A DNA stretch of 63,239 nt from Octopus sinensis. Its lineage: Eukaryota. Positions 27,152 through 39,981 of this stretch are shown here, in pieces. A model generated the notes under the pieces. It made no database searches. It was not told where the DNA came from and saw only the letters and a list, made by a program, of their open reading frames with translations. The stretch spans positions 1 through 63,239 of the forward strand of contig NW_021832008.1 of the NCBI RefSeq assembly GCF_006345805.1, in the 5' to 3' direction. Numbering within the stretch: the stretch's first letter is position 1; the number at the start of each line of letters is the position of its first letter. Made by a program: the position numbers and the translations under genes.

Positions 27152-29109
27152 CAATTTCATTAAAACAGATTATTGAAAATATAAGTGGGTTTTTTCTTTT
27201 CTTTTTTGATTTGCTTAGATGCGAAGAAATTACAATCGTTAAAACTGATACTAGTTAGTAATATAACAGGCATCTCTTTTATGTTACCGCTATGACTTGC
27301 TGACATCCCCTCCTCTTATCGTCCAGATTTTATAGGTGAGGTGATAAGAAACTTATACAATCTTCTCATTTCAAAGGAACTGAAATATAGTTAGCGGGGG
27401 TAAATCCTTTACGGTGCTCCTCACACTACAAAGTGATTGATAAACATAACAATTTATGTTAATACTGTATACCATATTATGGTGTTTGGCGTACGAGAAA
27501 ACCCTTTAATGTACCAAGATAATGTTTAGGTGCAGAAACCCGCTATAATTAAAAAATGTTACAGTTGTTACTGTCCTGTCCATTTAGGACTACATCTCCA
27601 ATTATCCTTCCTAATCTGGCTGTTATTTCAAGGAGGTCGAACGCCACGTGGAAGTTCCGTCGTTGACTGATTTGAACATTGTATAAACGATATGGCGTCT
27701 TCGTTTACTTTGATCGTATGGTTTCGATTTTGGACAACTGACGAAATCACAAGCTTTTCACGCACGGACATTACAGGTAACTCTTTTTCTTGGGAATTAC
27801 GTCGCATCTCCGATATCGATATTGAAAAACTAACATAAACATTTCTCCTCGAAAAGATCAACTGACATATTTTAATGATATGTAAATATATAGAAAAATG
27901 TTAAATTTCAACTTTGAAAACGACGAGGCGAGTCATCATTCACACATTTCCCAACTTTATATTTTTTCTGTGGATCTTGTTACTAAGTTAGTTTCCATAC
28001 AAACAAAAGTATTTAGGCATAAAGTGTCGACCAGAGCTCATGAATTATTGAATCAAATTGTGTAGACAAACGAATGTTACATATTTGTATGTATTGAAAG
28101 GAAATAAATCAATTGAAATAAAATAGAAATAATACTACTAATGATTTTAATTACCTGCGAACTTTATGTTAGTCGTAGGAAATGATGAGAGTACAAAATA
28201 GTCGGTATTTTAACACCCGGGTGTGAATTCTACTCCCGGTGTTCGTTTCTTATAGCATCTCTTTATTTTCTTCACGACCGGAACAATTGATAAAACGAAA
28301 AATTATTTTGTCTACCTTCTAGCATTTTCCGAACAATTAAAGTTATTGCTTGCGCTAAATTTGAGAGAAAGTTTTACTGAATCTATAATTTGTTATTGTC
28401 ACTTTTGTCATTACAAAATTTAGTCCGGCCACATAAATTTGGATGTTTGGACGTAAGATACGACGTTTGGGAAGTTACAACAGCTGATTTGGTGTGTTTG
28501 TTTACATGATAAAAATCGAATCAAAGTCTGGGAGCGATACGACGTCAAAACAAATATTTTACGATTTTGCATTCCTTATAATAATGGCAGAACAAGTAAC
28601 CTTTTTTTTTCTTTATTCCCCTTAGAAAATCTATTACCATAAACTTCGCTCTCATCAAGTGTATCCATACGGATGATTATTTTATGGAACCGATGAGATA
28701 AAAGCAATGTTAACTTTGGTGGATTTGAATTTAGAGATTTTCTTTCTTTCTTTTTTTTTTTTGAGTTAAAGTTTACAGAATCTATACAAGAATGAGACAG
28801 AACAATGTTCATATTTTATTTATTTATTCTCTCTTTCTTCCTCATTAGCGATTAAATCACTTTAACAGGGAATCAAACCTAACTGAATAAATTGGCTCAC
28901 CAATTTCAGTTAATTATTTTTAATTTGGCACCTGGTCAGCAACTTGAGGAAAGGAGTTAGTTAGGCGGATATGGCGGACCGTCACCACACCTCCATTCCG
29001 TTTTTATTTTTTTAATTTTATTTTTTAAACAAGAACCCACATTTTCGGATACCGAAATTCCGAATTTGTAAAAAAGAAAATTGCATTTCAAAATTTAATG
29101 TTTGCGCTA

Positions 29110-29975
29110 TCGGAATTTACGAATTTGCAAAAAAAAAAAAAATTATTTCAATTTCACCCCACCCCTCAAAGTTGAAGTATTTTTGGGTTCAGGGGTGATG
29201 AGTTAATCTTTGCAGTTTATGAAGTGTGAATGTGAAATCACCAGAAAGAATGCAAGGTGCTGCATCTGTTGAGGATTTTAACTACATGGTAACCAATGAT
29301 CAAGAAGGTGTAATATAAGTTTGGACATTCCATAAAACAGGCTATCTTATATTGAACTTTTTCAACTGATGGCAATATACTTTAACAGGAAAGTAACATT
29401 AGATTCAAATTCATAATAAAAATATTTCAATATGTTTTGGGAGGGTAGTTATGCCAAAAAAGCACATGCACTGGTTCTATTTAATTTCTTTTATCATTAG
29501 TCGACTGATTAACCATTTAACCAATTAACTAATCGATTGTTTGATTAACCGTTTGGTCAATCAAACAATCATTTAGGTTTGTCAAAGTCCTTTCATTGCC
29601 ATTCATGACCGCATGAATGACATGATCTCTCAGTTGCAAATGATGACAAAAGAACTTAAACAAATCTAATTGATTGACTTAATGGTTAATCAAACAATCA
29701 ATGAGCTAACTAATTAAATGCTATTGCAGTTTCACCACACTTGTTATTTCAGTACTTCTTCGGAATTCCCACCACCTAGTTTTCCACCATAATTTTTTTG
29801 AACCAGTTACTTAAAAAAAAATTTTTCATTTCATTTTGCCAAAAAAATTCAAATTTCACCAATTAATCAACGTTTACACACAGGTTGATCAAGTTAGACA
29901 AGTTAAAAAAAATGTGTGGTGAGGGGTGGGGTGAAATTGAAATATATATATATTTTTGCAAAATCATAAAACATA
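29110..29975. mobile_element. Degenerate non-autonomous DNA transposon (inverted arms)
   Basis: ATTTCAATTTCACCCCACCCCTCA near 29145 is inverted at 29920-29943. Confidence 0.5.
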
Positions 29976-30802
29976 GTAATCTAAAAAAATTTTAAATGTA
30001 CTTTGCCCCATAAGAATTCTGAAAAATGTAATTGTAGGATTATACAGTTTTTTTATTAATATTATTGGATGTTCTAGGTTCAAATTTTGTAATTTTGTTT
30101 TGATAGAATTGATCTAGTTTTTTATTGTTAAATGAAGATATTATCCTAAAAGGATTAGGAGAAGCTGAAAATCCAAATCTAATATGTTTATTGTTAAATA
30201 TTTTTGTGTATTTAGTGTTTTTGAAGTTTTTATTAATAATCATTCTGATGGATCTGATAAAATTCAATTCTAAATGTTCTGCAAATGTTATCCAAATGGT
30301 TTTCTTGGTGTTTGCTTTTGTAAAGAATTGGGTTGTATTCAGAGTCAGATCTTTTCATACATGGTATAGATTTCTTTTTTACTATGTTCATCCTATCCTT
30401 ATTAATTAGAGTATTATGGTTATACATATTATTATCATAAATTGTCTTATTTTGATTATTGCTGTTTTTTGCCTTAATGTTCCTATTTTTATCTTTAATT
30501 ATACAGTTATGTTGCCAGTATTTGTAGGTTTGTTTACATTAGTGTGTTTAGGAAATTGGTAATTATTAAGATTTATAGTCTTTTCCTGAGTTTTATTCCT
30601 GTTGGTCTCATCAAGCACGTAATGCTTGAGTTTTTTGTATTGTTATTATAATGATGATGGTCATGTTTACTGTTGATGTTATGTTTATGACTATTATTGG
30701 GAATTTTCATTATTTGTTTATTAGGATATACTATTTCATTATATGTATTAGGTTCACTAAGTTTAACATTATTATTTTTGTAATAATGTTTAATATGATT
30801 TA

Positions 30803-31655
30803 TATGTGTGCAAACTGCCATGATTCACGGTAGTGAAACATGGGCTGTGACTGTGGAGGACATGCGTACGCTTGAAAGAAATGAAGCTAGCATGATCCGC
30901 TGGATATGTAATGTCAGTGTGCGTACACAACAGAGTGTAAGTGCCCTGAGAGAAATGCTGGACATAAGAAGCATTGGATGTGGCATGCAAGAGAGACGTC
31001 TGCACTGGTATGGTTATGTACTATGGATGGATGAGGAGAGATGTGTGAAGAAGTGCCACTCCCAAACAGTTGAAGGAATCTTGGGTAGATGTAGACCCAG
31101 GAAGACATGGGATGAGGTGGTCAAGCATGACCTTCGAGCGTTGGGTCTAACAGAGGCAATGACGAAAGACCGAGACCTCTGGAGATATGCTGTGACTGCA
31201 AAGACCCGACAAATAACGTGAGTTCATGGCTGTTTCCTGCACCAGCTTCACATAGAAGCCCCAGCCCATCCAAAGTGTCTTGGATCGCAGGACGGCCTGC
31301 TGTACTTACCTTGGATCATAGGGTGACATGCTGTGCTTGATGAGACCTATTGAGTCAAGTACATCAACATCAAATGGAAATAGTAGTTGTGATACCTGTG
31401 CCAATGTCATGTAAAAAGCACCATCCGAATGTGGCTGATGCCAGCGCAGCCTTGGCTGGCTTCCGTGCCAGTGGCACGCAAAAAGCACCCACTACACTCA
31501 CGGAGTGGTTGGTGTTAGGAAGGGCACCCAGCTGTAGAAACACTGCCAGATCAGACTGGAACCTGGTGCAGCCTTCTGGCTTCCCAGACCCCGGTCAAAC
31601 CATCCAACCCATGCTAGCATGGAAAACGGACGTTAAACGATGATGATGATGATGA
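30803..31655 (+). mobile_element. 5'-truncated RTE LINE with (ATG)n tail
   Basis: AMIHGSETW, RRLHWYGYV, RCRPRKTW; shared 3' UTR and tail. Confidence 0.88.
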
Positions 31656-32163
31656 TTAGTGTTGTCGTTTTTTTTACACTTAATTTCATATCTATATCCT
31701 GCCTTAAGTGCTAGGTTATAATAATCCTTATGTTTATTAAATATTTTTTCGTTAGATGATAGTAAATTTGTTCTTCTCTCTATGGGAGTGGTCACGTTTT
31801 CTATAATGTTGTGTGGATGGTTGCTGTACACATTTATGTATGTTATATTGGTGTTAGGCTTATGGTAAGGCTGGTAGGTAGAAGTATTAAGGTTGACGTT
31901 AAGTAAGTTAACAGAGTTATCTATTTCAATGGAAATAGATAGTCCTTGGTTTTTAAAAAATGTACGCAGTTTTTTGTGTAGAGTTCTAATTTTCTATTTG
32001 AGGTGTTCTTGACTAACAATAGGACATCATCCCAGTGTAATCCACCTTCGAATTCTGGGAACTCTTCCTTAAATTTGTGCAGTAGGTATATTCTGACTAA
32101 GTCAGTTACTTCGGCAGAATCTTGTCTGCCCATAGGTATATCAAAGCATTCAGGTGTTTCTTT

Positions 32164-32972
32164 GAATCTTTTCCTTTTGAATGGCACTTTGTAACATAAT
32201 TTCTAGGTAACTAAAAAGTTTTAAACTTCGTATACTGGTAGAATGTGTTTATAAATCATCATTTTCTCTTGGCTTTATTGAGAAAATTCTATAGGTTGTA
32301 AGATATTTCGTCTTTAATTTCGAGCATTTCGGCAATTTTAACCAATCACTTACATCCATTTAGGTAAATAACATTCTGTGCATAATGAATATGTCCCTCG
32401 TTTAAGAAACAGATTGGGTTTATTTACATTTGTGAAGAAAAAAAGATAACCTTCCCCAACCCCTAACCCTAAATCTAAAATAGAATGAAATGCAATAGAT
32501 CGATACTAGGGCCATAATCATGGGTGACATTTTCATTTGACACCGCTAGAAAAAAAATTCCATTTTCCGTAGCGGTGTCGTATGAAATTGTCACTCATAA
32601 TTATAACCCTAGTATCAATCTATTGCATTTCAATCTATTTTAGATTTAGTGTGAGAGTTAGGGTTAGGGGTTGAGGGTTGGGGAAGGGTATCTTTTTTTC
32701 CTTCACAAATGTAAATAAACCCAATCTGTTTCTTAAACGAGGGACATATTCATTATGCACAGAATGTTATTTACCTAAATGGACATAAGTGATTGGTTAA
32801 AATTGCCGAAATGCTCGAAATTAAAGACAAAATATGTTACAACATATAGAATTTTCTCAATAAAACCAAGAAAAAATGATGTTTTATAAACACATTCTAC
32901 CAGTATACGAAGTTTAAAACTTTTTAGTTACCTAGAAATTGTTACAAAGTGCCACTCAAAATGAAAAGATCC
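32164..32972. mobile_element. Almost fully palindromic MITE, Merlin-like
   Basis: ~390-bp inverted arms; termini G(A/G)ATCTTTTC; exact 8-bp TSD GTTTCTTT at 32156-32163 and 32973-32980; internal TAACCC-like repeats. Confidence 0.88.
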
Positions 32973-33503
32973 GTTTCTTTCCTAGCCCAATTTTTTCCTT
33001 CATGTAATATCACTGTCTTCCTAGTTGCAAGAATATTACATGAAAGAAAATACTAGACTAGGAAAGACACACCTGAATGCTTCAATATTCTGGTGGTCAG
33101 GCATGACAGTGGTGATAGTGGTGGCAGGGAAGGCAGTGGAGTCAAAGATATTGATGGTGGTAGCATCAGAAGTCTGAAAGGTGTGTGCGTGGCAGTTGTG
33201 GTGGCGATGGCGGTGGTACTGGTGATGGTGATGGTTGAAAGCAATCAACGGAAAGAGAGAGAGAGAGAAAGAAAGAAGTTGGTAAAAAAAATTTTACTGA
33301 CGCCTGAATGGGAAGACAAAAAATGTTGTTTATCATGCAGATTTGCAATAAGTTCCAAGTCGAGAAATAATATCATTGTTTTGATGAAAATTGTTCATTA
33401 CTTGAAAAATATTGTTCATGTTTAATAAAATTTAATATGTACTTAATGTACGAAGTGTCATTGTTTGGCCCAAGGCCCAATGAAGAGCTCTTCACAGGAG
33501 CTT

Positions 33504-33540
33504 GCTTAAAAGCTGCCCTATTGGGTAGCTTTTAAGCTAG
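33504..33540 (+). other. Hairpin followed by CTAG, candidate Helitron 3' end
   Basis: GCTTAAAAGCTGCCC-TATT-GGGTAGCTTTTAAGC overlapping CTAG, then T. Confidence 0.4.
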
Positions 33541-33580
<40 letters not shown>

Positions 33581-33649
33581 TATATCTATATATATATATA
33601 TATACACATATATACATACACACATATATATACATTCATAAATATATAT

Positions 33650-33689
<40 letters not shown>

Positions 33690-33692
<3 letters not shown>

Positions 33693-35200
33693 ATAGCTGC
33701 CCCCTCGTTATCGAGTATGGCCATTGCACGAAGCTTAACTGTTACGGGTGCTGTGATCGAATGTGACTTTTTAGCCCAGCTAAAGATCTACAATGTCTTG
33801 TACAAAATTGGCAACCAAGACCTTTACTGGTAATAGCCGGCTGTAGTTGTAACTGGGCTTCATGTACCTTTGCATGTCGTTTAAGTCCTCCTGCCGAATT
33901 ACACTCTCTTCCACATGCCCGACAGATATGATTAGTATGGTGTGTTACACCACCAGTGGCCAGGTTGTCACTCATCTGTCTCGTTTTATGACTACGAAGA
34001 TGACTCATGAGTCCAGCTTTACTGAGGCAGGGTCTTGTACAGACATTGCATGTCAGAATCAAAGGAAGACCCTTCCCTTCTGGAAGTGTACCAGCGATGC
34101 TCTTCCTGACATCCCTCCTTACTTTCTCATGTGCAACTCGAGATTTCTCAAACGTGGCTGTCCCCTCATGCACAATCCTTCTCCACCTGCTACGATCAAT
34201 AGCTATGCCTTCCCATGTGTCAGGAGAGATGCTGGCATCTCTTAAGGAAGCCTTCAGCAAGTCCTTATACCTCTTTTTTTGATTTATGTAGAGGTCGTTC
34301 TCCTTTAGCTAACTCTCCATAAAAGAGTTGTTTTGGCATCCTTGAATCCTTCATTCTGACCAGATGACCACTCCATCTGAGCCTTTGCTTTAACACAAGA
34401 GCTTCTATACTTTCACACCGAGAGCCTTCGAGTATTTCAAGATCACTGATGCGGTCCTTCCACTTAATGCTATAGATCCATCTGAGGCACATCTGATGGA
34501 GACGTTCCAGATGTTTAAGGTGATATTGATATGTGACCCACGTCTCACAGGCATAGAGAAGAGAAGGGAGCACACATGCCTTGTACACCTTTATCTTTGT
34601 CTTTCTGCATATGTCTCACTGACTCCAGAGACACTTTTCTAGCCTTTCGAAAGCAACACTTGCTTTCCTAATTCTATATGGAACTTCATCATCCACATTG
34701 CCATATCTATTAATAGTGCTTCCCAGGTAAACAAACTGATCAACTACATCAAGTCGTTTACCATTCACATAGATATTTGGTACACTATACTGCTTACCAG
34801 GGGCAGGTTGATGCATGACAACAGTTTTCTTGAGATTGACTGTCAATCCTAAGGCAGAGAATGCATTCAAAATGTGTTGCATATCAATCTCTGTGTGTGC
34901 TACTAGCTCACAATCATCTGCATACAAAAGGTCTCTTATGATAGAGGTAAATATCTTTGTTTTTGCTGCAAGGCGCCTGATATTAAATATGCTGCCAGAG
35001 GTTTGATAATGGACGTAAACACCGTATCTGCAATTTCTGAATGCAATACAGAACACCATCGCGAAATATATGGAAACTAGAGTCGGTGCCAGAATATCTC
35101 TGTTTCACTCCATTTTGTATTGAAATGGGCTCCGACATCTTCCCTCTAACATTCACCCTACCATTCATGTCTTCATGAAAAGACCTAACCAAAGCAAGGA
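33690..35200 (-). mobile_element. RTE/BovB-type LINE 3' portion ending in three C2H2 fingers
   Basis: DLLYADDC, FVYLGS, LLYACETW, RLRWSGHLVRM..SRMPKQLFYGEL; ORF 33742-34260 has three CxxC-x12-HxxxH motifs. Confidence 0.9.
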
Positions 35201-35760
35201 ATATATATATATACATACATATATGTAGAGACCTCACTTGGCCCTGCCTGAGATTTGAAACCAAATCCACCCACTTGTTGCTTGTCAAAACAAATAGATT
35301 GATTGATGAGGAAGCACTTGATCCCCAAGGACCTTCCATGGTCATGGAAAGGTCAGTCCTTTGTTTAGGGTTTGACCTACATTACTGACCATAGTTTATA
35401 TAACACAGAACATTTCCTATCTCTACCTCTTTTGCGTCAGCCAGACCCAGGAGCAGCACCTGCTTTTGCATTAGCCATGATCAAGAGCAGCACTTTCCCT
35501 TCGTCCTTCACTCGACATACGAAGAGAGGCTTTTGGCTGCAAGAAAAGCAATGCCACCTTTATCCTTTCTTCCTTTCTAGTCAGCGCCATGCATTCTTTA
35601 CTCTTTCGCTCTCTACTGACAGCAACTTCTACACTATCAACTGCTAACCAGCGAACCATCTTTGTTGACACTATCACTAAAAGCGCTACAGTCTCTTTAA
35701 CTATCTGTTAAAGGAAGAGTAAGAGGGTGGGAAAGGGAGAGAGAAACAAAGAGGGAGAAT

Positions 35761-36080
35761 CATCATCATCATCATCATCGTTTAACGTCCGTTTTCCATG
35801 CTAGCATGGGTTGGACGGTTTGACCGGGGTCTAGGAAGCCAGGAGGCTGCACCAGGCTCCAGTCTGATCTGGCAGTGTTTCTACAGCTGGATGCCCTTCC
35901 TAACGCCAACCACTCCGTGAATGTAGTGGTTGCTTTTTTCGTGCCACCGGCACAGGTGCCATGGGGAGAGGGGCACTGGCAGCGTCCACGATCGGTCGGT
36001 GCTTTTTACGTGCCACCGGCACAGAAGCCAGTCAAGGCGGCGCTGCCATCGGCCACGTTCAAATGGTGCTTTTTACGTGC
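35761..36080 (-). mobile_element. RTE 3' UTR fragment
   Basis: (CAT)n tail plus the conserved CCATGCTAGCATGG terminus. Confidence 0.85.
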
Positions 36081-36116
36081 CGAAAGGATGCAGCAGAAAA
36101 TAACAACCACACTCTT

Positions 36117-36148
36117 ACCCGCACATAGAGCGGGTCACCTTAAGCTAG
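36117..36148 (+). other. Candidate Helitron 3' end
   Basis: Hairpin ACCCGC-7nt-GCGGGT, a short spacer, then CTAG followed by T. Confidence 0.5.
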
Positions 36149-36287
36149 TATATATATATATATATATATATTGCTGTTTTTACTGAGATCTCCCTTTTTA
36201 GTAGAAGAAATAGCTATAACTCTTTGACTGCTATTTCTAAATTCGGTATGTGGTAAGGCAATTCGTTGCTAAACCCTTTATTGCTTA

Positions 36288-36329
<42 letters not shown>

Positions 36330-36333
<4 letters not shown>

Positions 36334-36811
36334 AATCAAAATAGATGAACATCAATAGAATTTGTATCTTTACGTGGCACACAAGAAAACCATCCGAATG
36401 TGGCCGTAGCCAGTACCGCATCGACTGGCCTCCGTGCTGTGGGCACGTAACAAACACCATCCGATCGTGGCCGTTTGCCAGCCTCATCTGGCACCTGTGT
36501 CGGTGGCACATAAAAACACCATCAGAGCGTGGCCGTCTGCCAGCCTCGTCTGGCACCTGTGTCGGTGGCACATAAAAAACACCATCCGAGCGTGGCCGTT
36601 TGCCAGCCTCGTCTGGCACCTGTGTCGGTGGCACATAAAATCACCCACTACACTCTCGGAGTGGTTGGCGTTAGGAAGGGCATCCAGCTGTAGAAACATT
36701 GCCAGATCTGACTGGATTGGTGCAGCTTTCGGGCTCCCCAGACCCCAGTTGAACCGTCCAACCCATGCTAGCATGGAAAGCGGACGTTAAATGATGATGA
36801 TGATGATGATG

Positions 36812-36812
<1 letters not shown>
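36330..36812 (+). mobile_element. RTE 3' UTR fragment with ~62-bp internal repeats
   Basis: Repeated TGGCACCTGTGTCGGTGGCACATAAAA; (ATG)n tail. Confidence 0.85.
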
Positions 36813-36851
<39 letters not shown>

Positions 36852-36854
36852 ATG

Positions 36855-36902
<48 letters not shown>

Positions 36903-36927
36903 ATATGTATATATGTATATGTATATA

Positions 36928-38710
36928 TCATCATCATCATCATCATCATTTAGCGTCCGTTTTCCATGCTAGCATGGGTTGGACGGTTCTACTGGGGTCT
37001 GTGAAGCCAGAAGGCTTCATCAGGCCCAGTCAAATCTGGCAGTGTTTCTACGGCTGGATGCCCTTCCTAACGCCAACCACTCCGTGAGTGTAGTGGGTGC
37101 TTTTTACATGCCACCCGCACTGGTGCCAGACAGAGCTGGCAAACGGCCACGAACGGATGGTGCTTTTTATGTGCCACCGGCACGAGGGCCAGGCGAGGCT
37201 GGCAACGGACACGAAACGGGGCGGTGCTGGCAACGGTCGCGAAACGGAAAGTTCTCTTACATGCCACCGGCACTGGTAACACATCTGCAATTTCCATTGA
37301 TCGATTTCGATTCTGATCTCACTTGCCTCAACACGTCTTCACAAGTAGAGTTTTGTGTCCCAAGAAGGAAAGGTATGCATACGTAGGCTGGCTCCATCAC
37401 ATGTAGAAGGCCACGGGTTATGGACTCACTTGTCCTGCCGGGTCTTCTCGCGCACAGCACACTTCCAGAGGTCTCGGTCTCTAGTCATTTCCTCAGTGAG
37501 ACCTAAAGTTCGAAGGTCATGCTTCACCACCTCGTCCCAGGTTTTCCTGGGTCTGCCTCTTCCACAGGTTCCCTCAACCGCTAGGGTGTGGCACTTTCAC
37601 ACACAACTATCTTCATCCATTCTCGCCACATGACCATACCAGTGCAAACGTCTCTCTTGCACACCACAACTGATGCTTCTTAGGTCCAGCTTTTCTCTCA
37701 AGGTACTTACACTCTGCCGAGTGTGAGTACCGGCATTACACATCCATCGGAGCATACTGGCTTCATTTCTAGCGAGCTTACGCATATCCTCAGCAGTCAC
37801 GGCCCATGTTTCACTGCCATGTAGCATGGCTGTTCGTACACACGCATCATACAGTCTGCCTTTCACTCTGTGCGAGAGGCCTTTTGTCACCAGCAGAGGT
37901 AAGAGCTCTCTGAACTTTGCCCAAGCTATTCTTACTCTAGCAGTTACACTTTCAGCACCCCGCCCCCGCTGCTGACTTGGTCACCTAGGTAACGGAAACT
38001 ATCAACTATTTCTAGTTTTTCTCCCTGGAAAGTGACGGAAGTTGGTCTCAGAGCATTTTCAGTGTTTATTGTTCCTGAGCATCTGCCACATACAAAAACC
38101 ATCTTCCTAGTTAGCCTTCCTTTGACATTGCTGCATCTCTTATGTGTCCATAGCTTACACTTGGTGCATCTTATAGAGTTTCTACCTACACCTTTTCTAC
38201 AGATCGAGCAGGGCCATCTACCTGAAGGTGTTTGTGATTTGTCTACCTTCCTACTGATTACGACTTTGGTTTTAGCTAGATTGACTCTGAGGCCCTTCGA
38301 TTCTAATCCTTGTTTCCACACCTGAAACTTCTCCTCCAGTTCTGATAACGACTCAGCAATTAGAGCAAGGTCATCAGCATAGAGGAGCTCCCAAGGGCAT
38401 CCTGTCTTGAATTCCTCCGTTATTGCCTGGAGGACTATGATAAATAGGAGGGGGCTGAGTACTGAGCCTTGGTGGACCCCTACCTCTACCCGGAATTCTT
38501 CACTGTACTCATTTCCAACCCTCACCCTACTAGCGGCGTCCCTATACATGGCCCGCACAGCTCTCACTAACCATTCATCTATCCCTAGTTTTCTCATTGC
38601 CCACCAGATAAGGGATCGGGGGACCCTGTCGAAGGCTTTCTCCATGTCAACAAAAGCCAGGTACAGGGGCTTATCTTGGCTAGGTATTTCTCCTGCAGCT
38701 GCCTTACCAG
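36928..38710 (-). mobile_element. RTE LINE, RT through 3' tail (longest copy of this family)
   Basis: DMEKAFDRVPR, GVHQGSVLSP, LLYADD, FRYLG, MLHGSETW, GRGRPRKTW; (CAT)n tail. Confidence 0.93.
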
Positions 38711-38742
38711 GAATATATATATATATATATATATATATAATG

Positions 38743-38791
<49 letters not shown>

Positions 38792-38794
38792 TCA

Positions 38795-39479
38795 GTTATA
38801 AAATGAGATAGGGGTTGAAAATTCAACCCACCATGGGATAACATATATCCAATATACTGCTAGAGAGGTACCCAACAAGACTAATACATAAATGTTAAAA
38901 ATTGCCATGCAATTAATTCATCTACTGTATTATGTGGGCAAGGGTAAAAATATTACCGTAAATTAATAATACAAAATTAGAAAATGGGGAAACATACTTA
39001 AATCAATCAAACATCAACCATCAGATAATACCCATCAATACTTATTACACCATTACATAACAGCAAAGACATTATACAAAATATATTGTAAATATAATTA
39101 GACAAGGAAATAGAAATATAAAATACAATTACATCATATCTGACAGCTGTTTCGGCCGTGAGGACAAGTATGCCTCATTTAACCTATAAGCCATATAAGG
39201 CAGGTATAAATGAGACATTAACAAGGATGTCCCACGGCCTCTTCAGAGAATTTAATTTAATAAAAGTGTGAAAAAAATTTTACATATAAATATAAAAATA
39301 TAAAATATAAAAATGTGTGCATAGACACTCATAATACTACACATATATATATACACATTAATACAGTGAGTGTGCATATGTTTTCCTTGATGTTAGTTAT
39401 GGAACTAGGAGTCCAATATGGGTATTATCTGATGGTTGATGTTTGATTGATTTAAGTATGTTTCTCCATTTTCTAATTT

Positions 39480-39485
<6 letters not shown>
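38795..39485 (-). mobile_element. Penelope pLTR-like non-coding element with hammerhead and inverted partial duplication
   Basis: Homologous in inverse orientation to 59200-59775; 38970-39035 is inverted at 39418-39484; bounded by (TA)n. Confidence 0.7.
39139..39249 (-). ncRNA. Type I hammerhead ribozyme with long stem II, core intact
   Basis: tct-CTGAAGA-GGCCGTG...CACGGCC-GAAA-CAGCTG-TC-aga. Confidence 0.8.
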
Positions 39486-39541
<56 letters not shown>

Positions 39542-39577
39542 CTGTAAAATAATATGTGACAATTATACAATAGTCAA

Positions 39578-39638
39578 GATAAAACTCTGAGTTTCGGATG
39601 CCGAAGTGGAAATCCACAACACCATCTCTTCGGTTATC
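39578..39638 (-). ncRNA. Type I hammerhead motif (CCGA core variant)
   Basis: gataa-CCGAAGA-gatg...catc-c-GAAA-CTCAGAG-TT-ttatc. Confidence 0.65.
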
Positions 39639-39981
39639 TGGCTATCTGAAAAATGGTATGAAAAATACCGTTATATTAAGGGAAATTACTGTGTTATAAT
39701 TCCGCTACTTATATAAATTAAGATTAAAAGTTCATAGTAAACACGTAAACATGCGCTCACATTTGCGCTCGCGGACCCACATGCGTACTTATACGTCACT
39801 ATGAAAACGTACACATCTTCACTCACATTTTTCGCCAAATGTGTCAATGTCACATTGTTTTAATAAAAATACATGTTGGCACTCCTGGGATCTCATAGTA
39901 TTACCATGTAAAATTTGATTTGATTTGGTTGAGCCGTTTGTGAATGCATTGGGAACAGACAGATAAAAAGGATTACATAAA

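Larger units (their letters stand above)
30040..33035 (-). mobile_element. Penelope-like element RT remnant interrupted by an RTE and a MITE
   Basis: FDIPMGRQDSAEVTDLV, GGLHWDD, SNHP, KIFNNKHIRFGFS; the frame continues across the MITE (RKTVILHEGKNWARKE|TPECFDIPMG). Confidence 0.8.

Noticed and set aside
32455-32680. Interstitial telomere
   Set aside because: Only 2-3 TAACCC units, symmetric within MITE arms
33742-34260. Host C2H2 zinc-finger gene
   Set aside because: Contiguous with the RTE RT C-terminus and followed by the element tail; linkers are not TGEKP-type
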